Shown piece by piece: positions 51,801-62,015 of a stretch of 64,000 nt of DNA. The notes beneath the pieces are model-generated. The model made no database searches. It worked only from the letters and a program-made list of their open reading frames with translations, and was not told the origin of the DNA. The DNA is from Felis catus (lineage: Eukaryota). The stretch covers positions 105,526,001-105,590,000 of the forward strand of contig NC_058373.1 of assembly GCF_018350175.1 (NCBI RefSeq). The letters are read 5' to 3'. How positions within the stretch are numbered: the stretch's first letter is position 1; each line of letters begins with the position of its first letter. The position numbers and the translations under genes were made by a program.

Positions 51801-52261
51801 TGCATTCCTTCTAGGCTCGTTGAGATCGTGGAGCAGGTCATAGCATCTGAGCGGTTCGTACCACTGGATGTGATTCTCGGTGGCACACACTAGCTGTTTG
51901 AATCAAAAACCCCTTTTCTTCCTGCCAGCTTTCTGGTCTATGTCACTTTTTGGAGAACTTTTTATTTCCGCTTAAAAGTTCAATATCTTCGCTGGGGTTG
52001 AAGATTTAGCATGACAACTTATACATTATCGCGGCTTTCCTAGAAAAAAACTACTTTCATCCCTCAAGATCTATCCTGGCTTTACCCTTAGAACCCCTCC
52101 AATAAAGAATCCAACCTCTCCAAGATTTCCTTCTTGGAAGACAGTTTTGTGTGTGCTTAGTTCCATAAATAGGAAGTAATTGAATGAGGCCTTGTATATC
52201 CTATCCAAATCTCATATGCTTTCTGCTAAACCATTCTACTTTTCCATAGTAAAAAGAGTAA

Positions 52262-52500
52262 CCACGAATATTTATTGAAGACTTATTCTGGCAAGGCAGT
52301 GAAATAAGAGCTTCACGTGTATTCTTCCCTAATCCTTACAACAACTCCGCGAGACAGATTCTTTTATTATCATGTCCACCCAGATGAAAACACTGAGGCT
52401 TAGAAAGTTACCTAACGTGTGCAATCTAACACAGCGAATAAATGGGAAAAATGCAGTGGGAACCTAACTCTGCTTTCTTAACCATCATACCGCACTGCCT
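52262..52500 (-). mobile_element. MIR
   Basis: atttattgaagactta...aatccttacaacaac...cagatgaaaacactgaggcttaga. Confidence 0.8.
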
Positions 52501-52740
52501 CCCAGGGGGTCCCTGCCCAGTCAGCCTCCAAATAAAATAGGGAACGAAGTTGGCTTTATTGGAATAATTTATACCGCCCACAAAATACTCATTTTAGGTT
52601 TTAAAGGTGATCTAAAGTTAATTGCAATGAAATGAAGATTACATACCTTCAATTTTCTATTGTAAAGAATCAAAAAGAAACAGTTATGTGCCTTATTATA
52701 TTTATTTCAGGCTTGTTATTTTGGCTTTTGATAATGTCTT

Positions 52741-52975
52741 TATTTTTATTATTTTTTTAATGTTTGTTTATTTTTGAGAGACAGAGAGAGACAGGGTGTG
52801 AGTGGGGGAGGGGCACAGAGAGAAGGAGACACAGAATCTGAAGAAGGCTCCAGGCCTCCTGTTAGCACAGGAGCTGTTAGCACAGAGCCCGATGCGAGGC
52901 TCGAACTCACAAACCCAGCGAGATCATGACCTGAGCCAAAGTCAGACGCTTAACCGACTGAGCCACCCAGGCGCC
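52741..52975 (-). mobile_element. CanSINE with internal 12-bp duplication
   Basis: ctgttagcacag occurs twice (52859 and 52874); no clear TSD. Confidence 0.96.
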
Positions 52976-53269
52976 TCACCAGTGTCACGTATCAATGACT
53001 ATTAGATGACCCATCAACTGGAATTTATTTTTGTCTGTTTGCTTACTTGCACAGGTTTTGCCTTGCACACTATTCTTTTATTTAATTCCTTTGTTAGATC
53101 TCTCAAGTCCCATTCAGTAAATGGTGTATTATTTGAGCTTTTTTGTATGTCATAATATTTATGAGGCATTATTCCAGACAAAAGGAATTCTGCCTGTTGA
53201 GACATATGAGGTACTTCAAGGTACTAGAGCGACAGCAAAATTAACAAAGAAGAATAAGGTGGGTCAAAT

Positions 53270-53460
53270 ACAGGTCGGAGCTCAGCTCCCCTGTTTATCA
53301 TTGGGCAATTTTGTTTGTTTATGAGTCCCTAAAAACTTCATTTTTTTTTTCCATTTGTAAAGTGGGATAGTATAATGTAACCCACAGAGTTTCTGTGAAG
53401 ATTAGAATTAATGTGTTTGAGGTAACCAGAACATATTAGGCGCTCAAGAAATGATCGTCA
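53270..53460 (+). mobile_element. MIR fragment
   Basis: ccatttgtaaagtgggatagtataat...tgtgaagatta...taggcgctcaagaaatg. Confidence 0.65.
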
Positions 53461-53489
53461 TTGATTTTTAAAGGTAATTATGATGATGA

Positions 53490-53690
53490 TTATTAATGTG
53501 TATGATTACTAAGTGGCTAATAGGCGTGCGATATTGTTCAAAACATTGCGCACAAATCAAATTTAATTTCATCCTGACAACACCCCAGGGAGGTAGGTGG
53601 TTATTATTTCCTCAGATCACACAGTGACCAGAGGAAAGAGCTGGGATTTGAGTCCATTTCCTTTTGATGACATAGTGCACACTCTTCGTA
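53490..53690 (-). mobile_element. MIR fragment
   Basis: catcctgacaacacccc...aggtagg...agagctgggatttgagtcc. Confidence 0.65.
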
Positions 53691-54035
53691 ACCACAGTAA
53701 CAAGAAAATTTGGTTTCGAATAAAACAGCCCATTCGCTGAGAGTACCAAGGAGTGTGTATATGCAAATATGGTGTTGTCTATGAGGATGCGCGAGACCTA
53801 CCTACTCTGTGAACACCACATCTCTGAAGTAAGAAGCTCTCACCATCGATCTCTTAGATCACCTTGCCAATGTTCCACCAACGTAAGTGAATCGCAAGTT
53901 TAACTCGGGTTTGGTTATTAAAATGATTAGATTCTGTTGTAAAAAGTGAACTTGAACGTATCCCAACATGTAAGGAAAGTATTGTCGAGATGGAACTGTC
54001 CATCCACGTACCAATGAAAGTGGTGGTACAGTGTG

Positions 54036-54038
<3 letters not shown>

Positions 54039-54082
<44 letters not shown>
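54039..54082. repeat. (TG)22 microsatellite
   Basis: Perfect TG run. Confidence 0.99.
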
Positions 54083-54084
<2 letters not shown>

Positions 54085-54144
54085 TGATATGCTTCTGTGC
54101 TGTATCTCTGTATTTCTATAGATCTACTTAAATATATAGCCATA

Positions 54145-54345
54145 GGGGCACCTGGGTGGCGCAGTCGGTTAAGCGTCCGACTTCAGCCAGGTCACGATCT
54201 CACGGTCCGGGAGTTCGAGCCCCGCATCAGGCTCTGGGCTGATGGCTCAGAGCCTGGAGCCTGTCTCCGATTCTGTGTCTCCCTCTCTCTCTGCCCCTCC
54301 CCCGTTCATGCTCTGTCTCTCTCTGTCCCAAAAATAAAATAAATG
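54145..54345 (+). mobile_element. Young feliform CanSINE with almost no poly(A)
   Basis: Perfect TSD ttaaatatatagccata at 54128-54144 and 54346-54362. Confidence 0.99.
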
Positions 54346-55289
54346 TTAAATATATAGCCATAGAGTCTTACTAACTAAATCATAACCATGGAAAGAACTC
54401 TCCACACCCCCCGCCCCCGCCAAGCTAATTTATACATTTCTCTGGCTTTTTGCCTTCATGGAACTTAAATTGATATTCTCTGGGTGCAAAAAATATATAT
54501 ATTTTACTATAAGTAGATATTCCATACCAAGCATTTCAAACTTTAACTATGAGTACATTTGGCCCCAGACCTGTCGCAATTTGAACTTTTTGGCTTTGGG
54601 ATACCATTTTCTTGCTCCTGCTACCAGCTGGGCGCCTACCTTCCTCTATGGCATGTGACTAATGCATTTCTAAGGCAGCTGGCTTAGCATTTTACAAGAC
54701 TCACAAGACTCCACCCTGATATGTTAAAGGCATCAAACAGCAATTGTCATTTAAGATGAATTCCAGTCTTTCCTCCAATTTTTTCCCTGCTTCAAACACT
54801 TCCTTCGATTAGCGCCATACTGGTTACTGAAAGCAGATCACGTTTTCTTGTTTCATTTTGTTCCCTTTCCTTAGAATGTCCTCTCTCTACTTTTCTTCTG
54901 TTAAAATCCATCCACCTTTCCAAGGAGAGCTACAAAATTGTTTTTGCTGGAGGCCCATCCCACTATTACACAAGCCAGGTTTTTCTACCTTGATAACACT
55001 GAGGTTTTCCTACTAATTAGACGCTTAACTCATATAACTTTAGGTGGGTTAGCCATTTGTGCTTTTAATCTTCCAGAGAGAAAAATTGTTGTCTGCACGT
55101 CTTTATTCCTGCATAGTGCCTAAGAGAGTCCTTCACAGTCAATAGTAGGTTTAGGATTGACTGATTTAGGATTCTGGAAAGAATAACTAAATAAATGATT
55201 AATTTGTTTGGAAACAAAAGAGTCAGATTCTGGCTAGTATAGCAGGAAAGCTACAAAAACAAAAAACACAACACAAAAAAAAAAAAACC

Positions 55290-55480
55290 CAAACTGAACT
55301 GGAGACCGGGTCCTATTGCCTATTATGTGCATGACTTGGGAAAGTAATTTAACCTCTCTGAACTCAGCTTCTTCATCTGTAAAAACAATGATCCTGCCTC
55401 TGTCCTTGCCCTGCCTACTTACGAGATAGTTGTGGGAAACAAATAAATAAATGTAGGCACATGCTCAAGTACACTGTAAA
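55290..55480 (+). mobile_element. MIR
   Basis: tgacttgggaaagtaatttaacctctctgaactcagcttcttcatctgtaaaa. Confidence 0.85.
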
Positions 55481-55549
55481 TGCTGACCTAAGCTCTAAGC
55501 TATTAGATGCATAGACAGCCAGCCAACTCAGCTAACATGAGACACTTTA

Positions 55550-55771
55550 TTTTATCTTATTTTTTTTAACGTTTTTATTTATTTTTGGGACAGAGAGAGA
55601 CAGAGCATGAACGGGGGAGGGGCAGAGAGAGAGGGAGACACAGAATCGGAAACAGGCTCCAGGCTCCGAGCCATCAGCCCAGAGCCTGATGTGGGGCTCG
55701 AACTCACGGACCGCGAGATCGTGACCTGGCTGAAGTCGGACGCTTAACCGACTGCGCCACCCAGGCGCCCC
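55550..55771 (-). mobile_element. Young feliform CanSINE
   Basis: CpG-intact; TSD acatgagacacttta. Confidence 0.99.
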
Positions 55772-55894
55772 TACATGAGACACTTTAATGGCAAGATTTA
55801 CACATTGTTGTCTCACCTCATCTAAGAATATGGTATCAAACTCTTTTGCAACTATGCAGCAAAGAAGGTTCACTTACTCCCCCAGCTGCTTTCC

Positions 55895-56540
55895 GTTCAT
55901 TCATTCATTTGGCAAACATTCATGACGTACCTACTACTTACCAGACACCATGCTAGGCATTAGGGTTTCAAACATGAAAAGACAGATATAGTACCCTCCT
56001 CTCCAGAACCTTGCATTCTTGTAGGGAGACCTAAAATACATGGACCTCCAAACCAATGAGTCCCCAGGTAAGATAATATTAGATAAGGACAAGTGCCAGT
56101 AAGAAAATGAAAGAGGGAAATGTGCTTCAGAGCAAGTGGGGATGAGTATCATCAGCATGGTCAGGAAAGGCCTCTCTGGAGTGACCAGAAGGAAGAGAAG
56201 AAAGAAGTCCTACAAAGGCGTGGGGACAGCAGGTGCAAACACTCTGAGGTGGGAATAGAGTGGCAAGAAGGCCAATGGGCTGAAGCAAAACAGTCGAGGT
56301 GTTGGATGGTGGAAAGATGGTCTATTTGCACAGAATGATCAAGAAAGAGGAAATCAGGGGCGCCTGGGTGGCGCAGTCAGTTAAGCGTCCGGCTTCAGCT
56401 CAGGTCACGATCTCGCGGTCCGTGAGTTCGAGCCCCGCGTCGGGCTCTGGGCTGATGGCTCAGAGCCTGGAAATAAAAAAAAAAAAAAAAAGAAAGAGGA
56501 AATCAGTGTATTTTCTCTGACAATAGAGAGCAAAGCATTG
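55895..56540 (-). mobile_element. L2 3' fragment, interrupted by a short CanSINE
   Basis: ttcattcattcatttggcaaacatt L2 tail; ggtcaggaaaggcctctctggag. Confidence 0.8.
56357..56489 (+). mobile_element. Young short CanSINE lacking the CT-rich 3' domain
   Basis: Head runs to gagcctgga then directly into aataaa and poly(A); perfect TSD aagaaagaggaaatca at 56341-56356 and 56490-56505. Confidence 0.98.
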
Positions 56541-58454
56541 AAGACTTGTTTAATTCTGGTGGAAACTTAGCTCATTGAACGGTACTTTAGTATATTTACA
56601 GTTACAAAACCATACCATTAAGGATTTTTGAACTTTACTAATTTTAATAGTTATTTTCACATTAAAGCCAAGAGATCTTAACATTGTCCACGATTGCCAA
56701 TATTTTACCAGAATAATATTTTTCCTTTCAATGTATGTTATTATTTGGGTGATTTGCTGTACCCTTTACTATCATTTCACTATAACCAATATGTAATGGA
56801 AAGTCTGAGTTAAAGTAATTTTATTGCACTCATAGGTACTAGTTGAAGGGAAAAAACCACAGTCCCTCAGAGAATCCTCTTGGAACACGCACGCACACAT
56901 ATATGGAAAATTAAATCAAATTGTTAACTGTGATAGGTGCTGAGAAAAAGAGGTTGTATGGTATTATGAAAATACTTAATAGCAGGAGTGGACCAAATCA
57001 AAATGTCAGGAAAGAGTTAACCCACATAAGTATTATATTCTAGCAGTCCTACTTTAAGGAGTGGATTGGAATGATCTCAGTAAGCTTTTATCCATCCCCA
57101 CCATAGCCTTACCTTTCCTTAGAGATAAATTGCACGTAAATAAATACATACTAAAGCGCTTCAAATTAATTTGGTCTCCTAAATATATAACATTTTCTTT
57201 GTAAGATGCGTCTGCTTTTCATTTGCTCAGCAAATCAATACCCTCTTTCCATTTTTTTCCTAGTCACAAAAGGGAAGTCAGCCCTTACATATTGCCACTA
57301 ATTAATGATCACTGATATTTGGCTTATGGAGAGATTTGTTCTGTGTCCTTGGAGTTTTCTCCTCCCTTTCTGCCCGCACTGTCCTAGACATTTAGGACAT
57401 AGTTGCCAGCAGCTACTGCGTATTCAAACATCACCTTCCTCCCTCATTGCCTTGCACTCTGTGTCTCCCCACATGTCAACCCTCTGGTCACCGAGGTGCC
57501 CCAACCTGCCATGGTCCCTGCGGCTTCCTGATGCTAAAACCCATTCAAGCAGATGGGATGGCTCCCTCCAGGCCTCAACTCTCTGCCAGGCATTGGTCTT
57601 CCAGCCTCATAATGTGGAATCTGTCAGGCTGAGAACATAAGTGCTCCAGCCCATTATTAGCCGATAGAAAGCATATAAAAAGGACTTTATAAACCAAGGC
57701 ATGAATAAATAATTTCACGAGCAAGACTGCAGTGTGGCAGTCCTCGGTTTAAAGCTGAAAGCCTTTCTAATGTGTTGCCAGAGGATTAAATGCTATCACC
57801 ATGTTTCAGGCAGTAATTTTTATTGCATGTTTCATTCAGGATTTGGCATTGGAAAAGAAAGAATTCTGCACACGTCAAATTGAAATTAGAAGGCAGTCAC
57901 TGCTATTTGAAGCTTGGATGCTATTGTTTGAGGGCATTATCTTCTGTTGAGGTGTTTTTTCCCCCTTGTTTCTCTCTTTCTGTCCACCTTTGTCTCTTCA
58001 TCTCTGTCTCTGTCTCTCCTGTTTCTCTCTCTCTCTCCCTCTTTCTCCGCAGATAGTTACCACCTTTCCAGTTCCTTCCATAATTCCTGGCACTGTTCAA
58101 AATTATTCTTCATGATGACATTTAGTAGTGGGTTTGTAGTATTAGGAGAGTAACAGCTTGTGTCAGACTGCATAGAAAATCTGAGATTAAAATAGGCAGA
58201 GAAAAAGATCTGGGACACTTGTCTCTTAACTTTTTTTTTTTTTTAAGCATTCACAGCACAGGCCATTGGGTGCAAGGTTATGGCTTTGGGTTGGTCACTG
58301 AGTCAGGGAGAAACTTGAGGGTCTGAGTCTCATCGAAAGTCAACTCAAGCCCTGGTTGCTTGAGCCCTTTGAGGGTGTGCCACACTCAGACTTACCTCAG
58401 GGATGGCGAGCAGAAACTCCTGAACTCTTTACATCATCAGCTCCCATCCCTCTT

Positions 58455-58695
58455 CTTTTTTTTAAAAAAAAATTTAATGTTCATTTATTTTTTGAGAGAG
58501 AGAGAGAGAGAGAGAGAGAAGACTGTGAGTGGGGGAGGGGCAGAGAGAGAGGGAGACACAGAATCCCAAGCAGGCTCCAGGCTCTGAGCTGTCAGCACAG
58601 AGCCCGATGCGGGGCTTGAATCCATGAACTGTGAGATCATGACCTGAGCCAAAATCAGAGTCAGATGCTTAACTGATTGAGCCACCCAGGGCCCC
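58455..58695 (-). mobile_element. CanSINE without TSD
   Basis: Full element; flanks ctcccatccctcttc and aacacaaagtaaattt share no repeat. Confidence 0.96.
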
Positions 58696-60623
58696 AACAC
58701 AAAGTAAATTTCTTTGTTGGGAAAAGGGGCCACGATAATGATAATAATAGTTAAGGGCAGAAGTTGAGATGTGAGGCTGGGGGGTGGACTGGTGCCCACA
58801 CCTCATCAAGGAAGACAAGAGAGAAATGGTGCCTGAGGGGGTGGAAAAGGAGAGCACAAAGCAGGGAGGCCTGCCAACTGGGAGTGTGGGATGGAGGGCC
58901 TATGGGCCCCTGGACATGGAGGGGTTGAAGCATACAGAAGAACCGTATCGACAATGTTTCCATTTGAATTTCTAACATGGAAATCCCCCTCCATTTCCCT
59001 CCCAACACCTTGAGTAAAGAAGGTGATGTTGATTTGTTCCTGCTGTGAGTGAGCAGGAGGGCCCCGGGAGCGGTAGAACAGCACAGAGCCATCCTGGAGC
59101 CACAGGAGGCCCGGAAGCCATCACAAGGGTTAGGCCGTTAAGGGGCTTTGTGGAAATCTTGGGGTGAAATCTGGACTTCTCCAGTGTACAGAATCTGGAG
59201 ACTTGAGTCAGTTTTTCCTAGGTCTCCAAAGGGCAGAAGACCCTTCTATTGACTTTGGGTTACACTAGACTTTCAAGGGACCTACAGTATAGTGCTTTGT
59301 AATAAGCATTATGAAAATGAATAGTAGTGAGGTAGTTTGCAAAGATCCTGGCTTGCAGCCAGACGAAATTGGGGCAAAAATGTGCTTAGTGCATATAAGC
59401 AATAAAGAGATTTTTTTTTTTTTATTCCAGTGGACTGGTTCATTGTAGCATAAAATACTACTGCACTCTGTTTATATAAGCATTTTTCTATTGGCATATA
59501 TTAGAATCCGTGGAAAATCAGTCTGAGAAAATCCAGTTATAACTCTTCACGGGCTCATGGTCTAACAACATTCTTAGGAATAAGACTTTAGGAAAGAAAC
59601 TGTTATACTTCTTATTCCACATACTTTGAGGGACCATTCTCCTACTCATTGCTTCTTTCCTGGGTTTCTCCCTGGAACTCTTGTTCCCAGGTTTTCTCCT
59701 GTCAAGCACAAATACGGAGGCAGCAGTTTTCCTGTGGACAGCCACAGTGGAGGGCTGCCCCATGTCCCTCCCGGTCCTGTCCTCCAGAGGCTGCCCAGGG
59801 CCACCCTCACACCTCCTTCCACCCTCTTCGTGATCTGCCCCAGAGGCCCTGCCTCACCTTCTCCCAGAGGACCTCAATCACTCTTGACTTCGGAGCTTCT
59901 CACCCAGCTTCCCCACCTACCTAGAGACCTGTGTGGAGAACAGCTCAGAATAGCCTGAGGAGGGTTTTCTTCCAACACAGAGATAACAGAATCTGAGTGC
60001 GAAACTCTTTGAATGGATGTTCTTCCATTCTGTTCAGAAAGGTACTGTTAGCTTAGAGCGGTGGCTATACCTTTCGCTTTGGCTGTGAGGGAAAAATAAA
60101 GCAAGGTGTGTAGCTGTGAGTGAATGCATTTGCAAGTGAGCACGTGTGTGTCTGTGCAGAAGGATAATAGAAAAGGAGAGGGGAACCTTTCGTGGCTTAA
60201 CTCAGTAGTGAGCAGTCATTTTTCATGCAGGACACTTGAGCTACTGTAAGAAGCCTTGTCTTTTCTGTCAATACATGCAGTACCTACAACAGAACTTCAA
60301 GCATTCTTTTCTCATTACCTAAAGGATTTCATCTTAAGGGGGTCAAATATCAAAATGACATAAACAGCACAAATCGCAAAACTCGATTGTTATACCGTGC
60401 CTTTGCACACTTTTTGTTTAAAGCTGGTGGAGCTGAGAGGAGGAATTTGAGGAATTTGGGGGTGAAGATATGAATTGGTACCGATATTCAGCCACAGATC
60501 AGGGAATGATCCTTCGGTACTTGGGAAGCGGGAGGACAGAAGTTATCACTTGAGAGAGTGCTGTAACAAGAATGCATTTTAAGTGCTCTGCAAATCCCTG
60601 CCTTTGCTTTTTTACCCACAGTC

Positions 60624-61401
60624 TGTACCACTTAGGCTTCTAGGTTGCAAGCAGCAGAAACCAGTTCTGTTTATCTGAAAGTAGTTTTTAAAAATGCTTC
60701 TTTGTTTATTTTGAGAGAAAGGGTACGCACGAACAGGGGAGGGAGAAAGAGAGAGGGGGAGAGAGAATCCCAAGCAGGCTCCATGCTGTCAGCACAGAGC
60801 TGGATGCAGGGCTCCATCCCAGGAGCCATGAGATCATGACCTGAGCCTAAATCAAGAGTTGGACCCTCAATTGACTGAGCCACCCAGGCACCCCTCCCCC
60901 CTTCAGCTGTGTTTATTTTAAACCAAAAAGGATTTGTTAGAAGGATATTTGGGGTTCACAAAATCACTGGGAAGCTGAAGAATAGTCTTGAAAAATGGGA
61001 AGTAACCAAAGTCTCCTCAAGACAGTCCTCAGAAAGAACTATAGCTTCTCAGGTCCCCTGCAGGGACAGGCTGCCCCATGCACCACCTGCACAGCTGTGA
61101 GAAGTGTGACCCCCAACCATCCGCCCTTTTCTCACATGCTCGAGATTCAAAGTTCTGGGAGAAAAACCTTCATCTGGCTCAATCTAAACTCAAGGCCTCC
61201 CAACCCTCCATGAGAAGGCTGCGCGGGCCGGGGAAGAGAAGGGCCTGGCCTCCTCGGCCTCTAAGGTGCAGTAGGTAGCAGTTGCCCTTCTCACCGGAGC
61301 CGTACAAAATGGGGACTCTCCAAAAAGGACATTTGGATACAAAAGCAAGGCAGTGGGAAGCTGGAGGCTGTCAAGCTAAAAAGTGATTCAAGTCTACCAC
61401 A
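60624..61401 (-). mobile_element. Ancient MaLR LTR (MLT1K/L-like), interrupted by a CanSINE
   Basis: ggttgcaagcagcagaaacca...aaaaggatttgttagaaggatattt; ends tctaccaca. Confidence 0.7.
60685..60894 (-). mobile_element. Older CanSINE
   Basis: aaatcaagagt head variant; degenerate TSD cagttctgtttat / cagctgtgtttat. Confidence 0.95.
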
Positions 61402-61544
61402 TGCCTCCTAACTTAGCCAGAAGGGACTGGGATGCTGCTGGTTGGGGGGGGGGGGTTCTCTGCTCCCCTCTGCTCCAGACCTACTTCCAAATGCCACATT
61501 TCTGGGGGTAGCTGTCCAGGTGGGGTCACATCAATGAGAGGCTG

Positions 61545-61680
61545 GCTTCTGTTTGTTTACTTGTAAAATGAGGATAACAACATCTATCTCATCTAGGCAG
61601 AGTTTGATTGTGAGGGTGAAATGGGATATTGGTAAAGTGCCTAGTACTGTGCCTGGCAGCATTTAACAGATATTATGCCA
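61545..61680 (+). mobile_element. MIR fragment
   Basis: tgtaaaatgaggataacaa...ttgtgagggtgaaatgggata...gtaaagtgcctagtactgtgcctggca. Confidence 0.75.
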
Positions 61681-61829
61681 GTTCCCTCACTGCGCTATCT
61701 CCCAAAAGACAGTGTGCAGGGAGGTGTCCCCCAGTTGTCACTTTACTTATTTAACAAATATTTCTGGAGCACTGTTGTCCTTATTTTTCTCAGTTCACTA
61801 AGGAAGACTTTGTCCAAGAATGTTACCCC

Positions 61830-62015
61830 TTACTAGTTGTGCAACCCTGGATAAGTTACTTAAGCTCTATGAGACTCAGTGAGACTGTCCGTAAAGGAGA
61901 GATAAAAATCCCACCTACTCTGAAAAAGTCTTCTAAGCATGAAATGAGACAATCCGTGTCAAGGGCTCAGCATGGTGCCCCGCAATAGGAAATACTCAAT
62001 ACACATGAATTATTA
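61830..62015 (+). mobile_element. MIR fragment
   Basis: ttactagttgtgcaaccctggataagttacttaagctct...ggctcagcatggtgccc. Confidence 0.75.

Noticed and set aside
51840..51866. ggttcgtacc resembling a tRNA T-loop or primer-binding site after the LTR
   Set aside because: No cloverleaf, and the LTR is solo with its TSD immediately adjacent.
53761..53930. Octamer as part of an snRNA promoter
   Set aside because: No PSE at the expected spacing and no snRNA sequence on either side.
53927..54038. Peptide LDSVVKSELE...MELSIHVPMKVVVQCG, faintly like a family A DNA polymerase C-terminus
   Set aside because: The upstream HDE motif is absent, stops intervene and there are no supporting splice sites; probably chance.
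1241..60894. SINE strand bias (17 minus, 8 plus) as evidence of a plus-strand host gene
   Set aside because: Two-sided binomial p is about 0.11; not significant.
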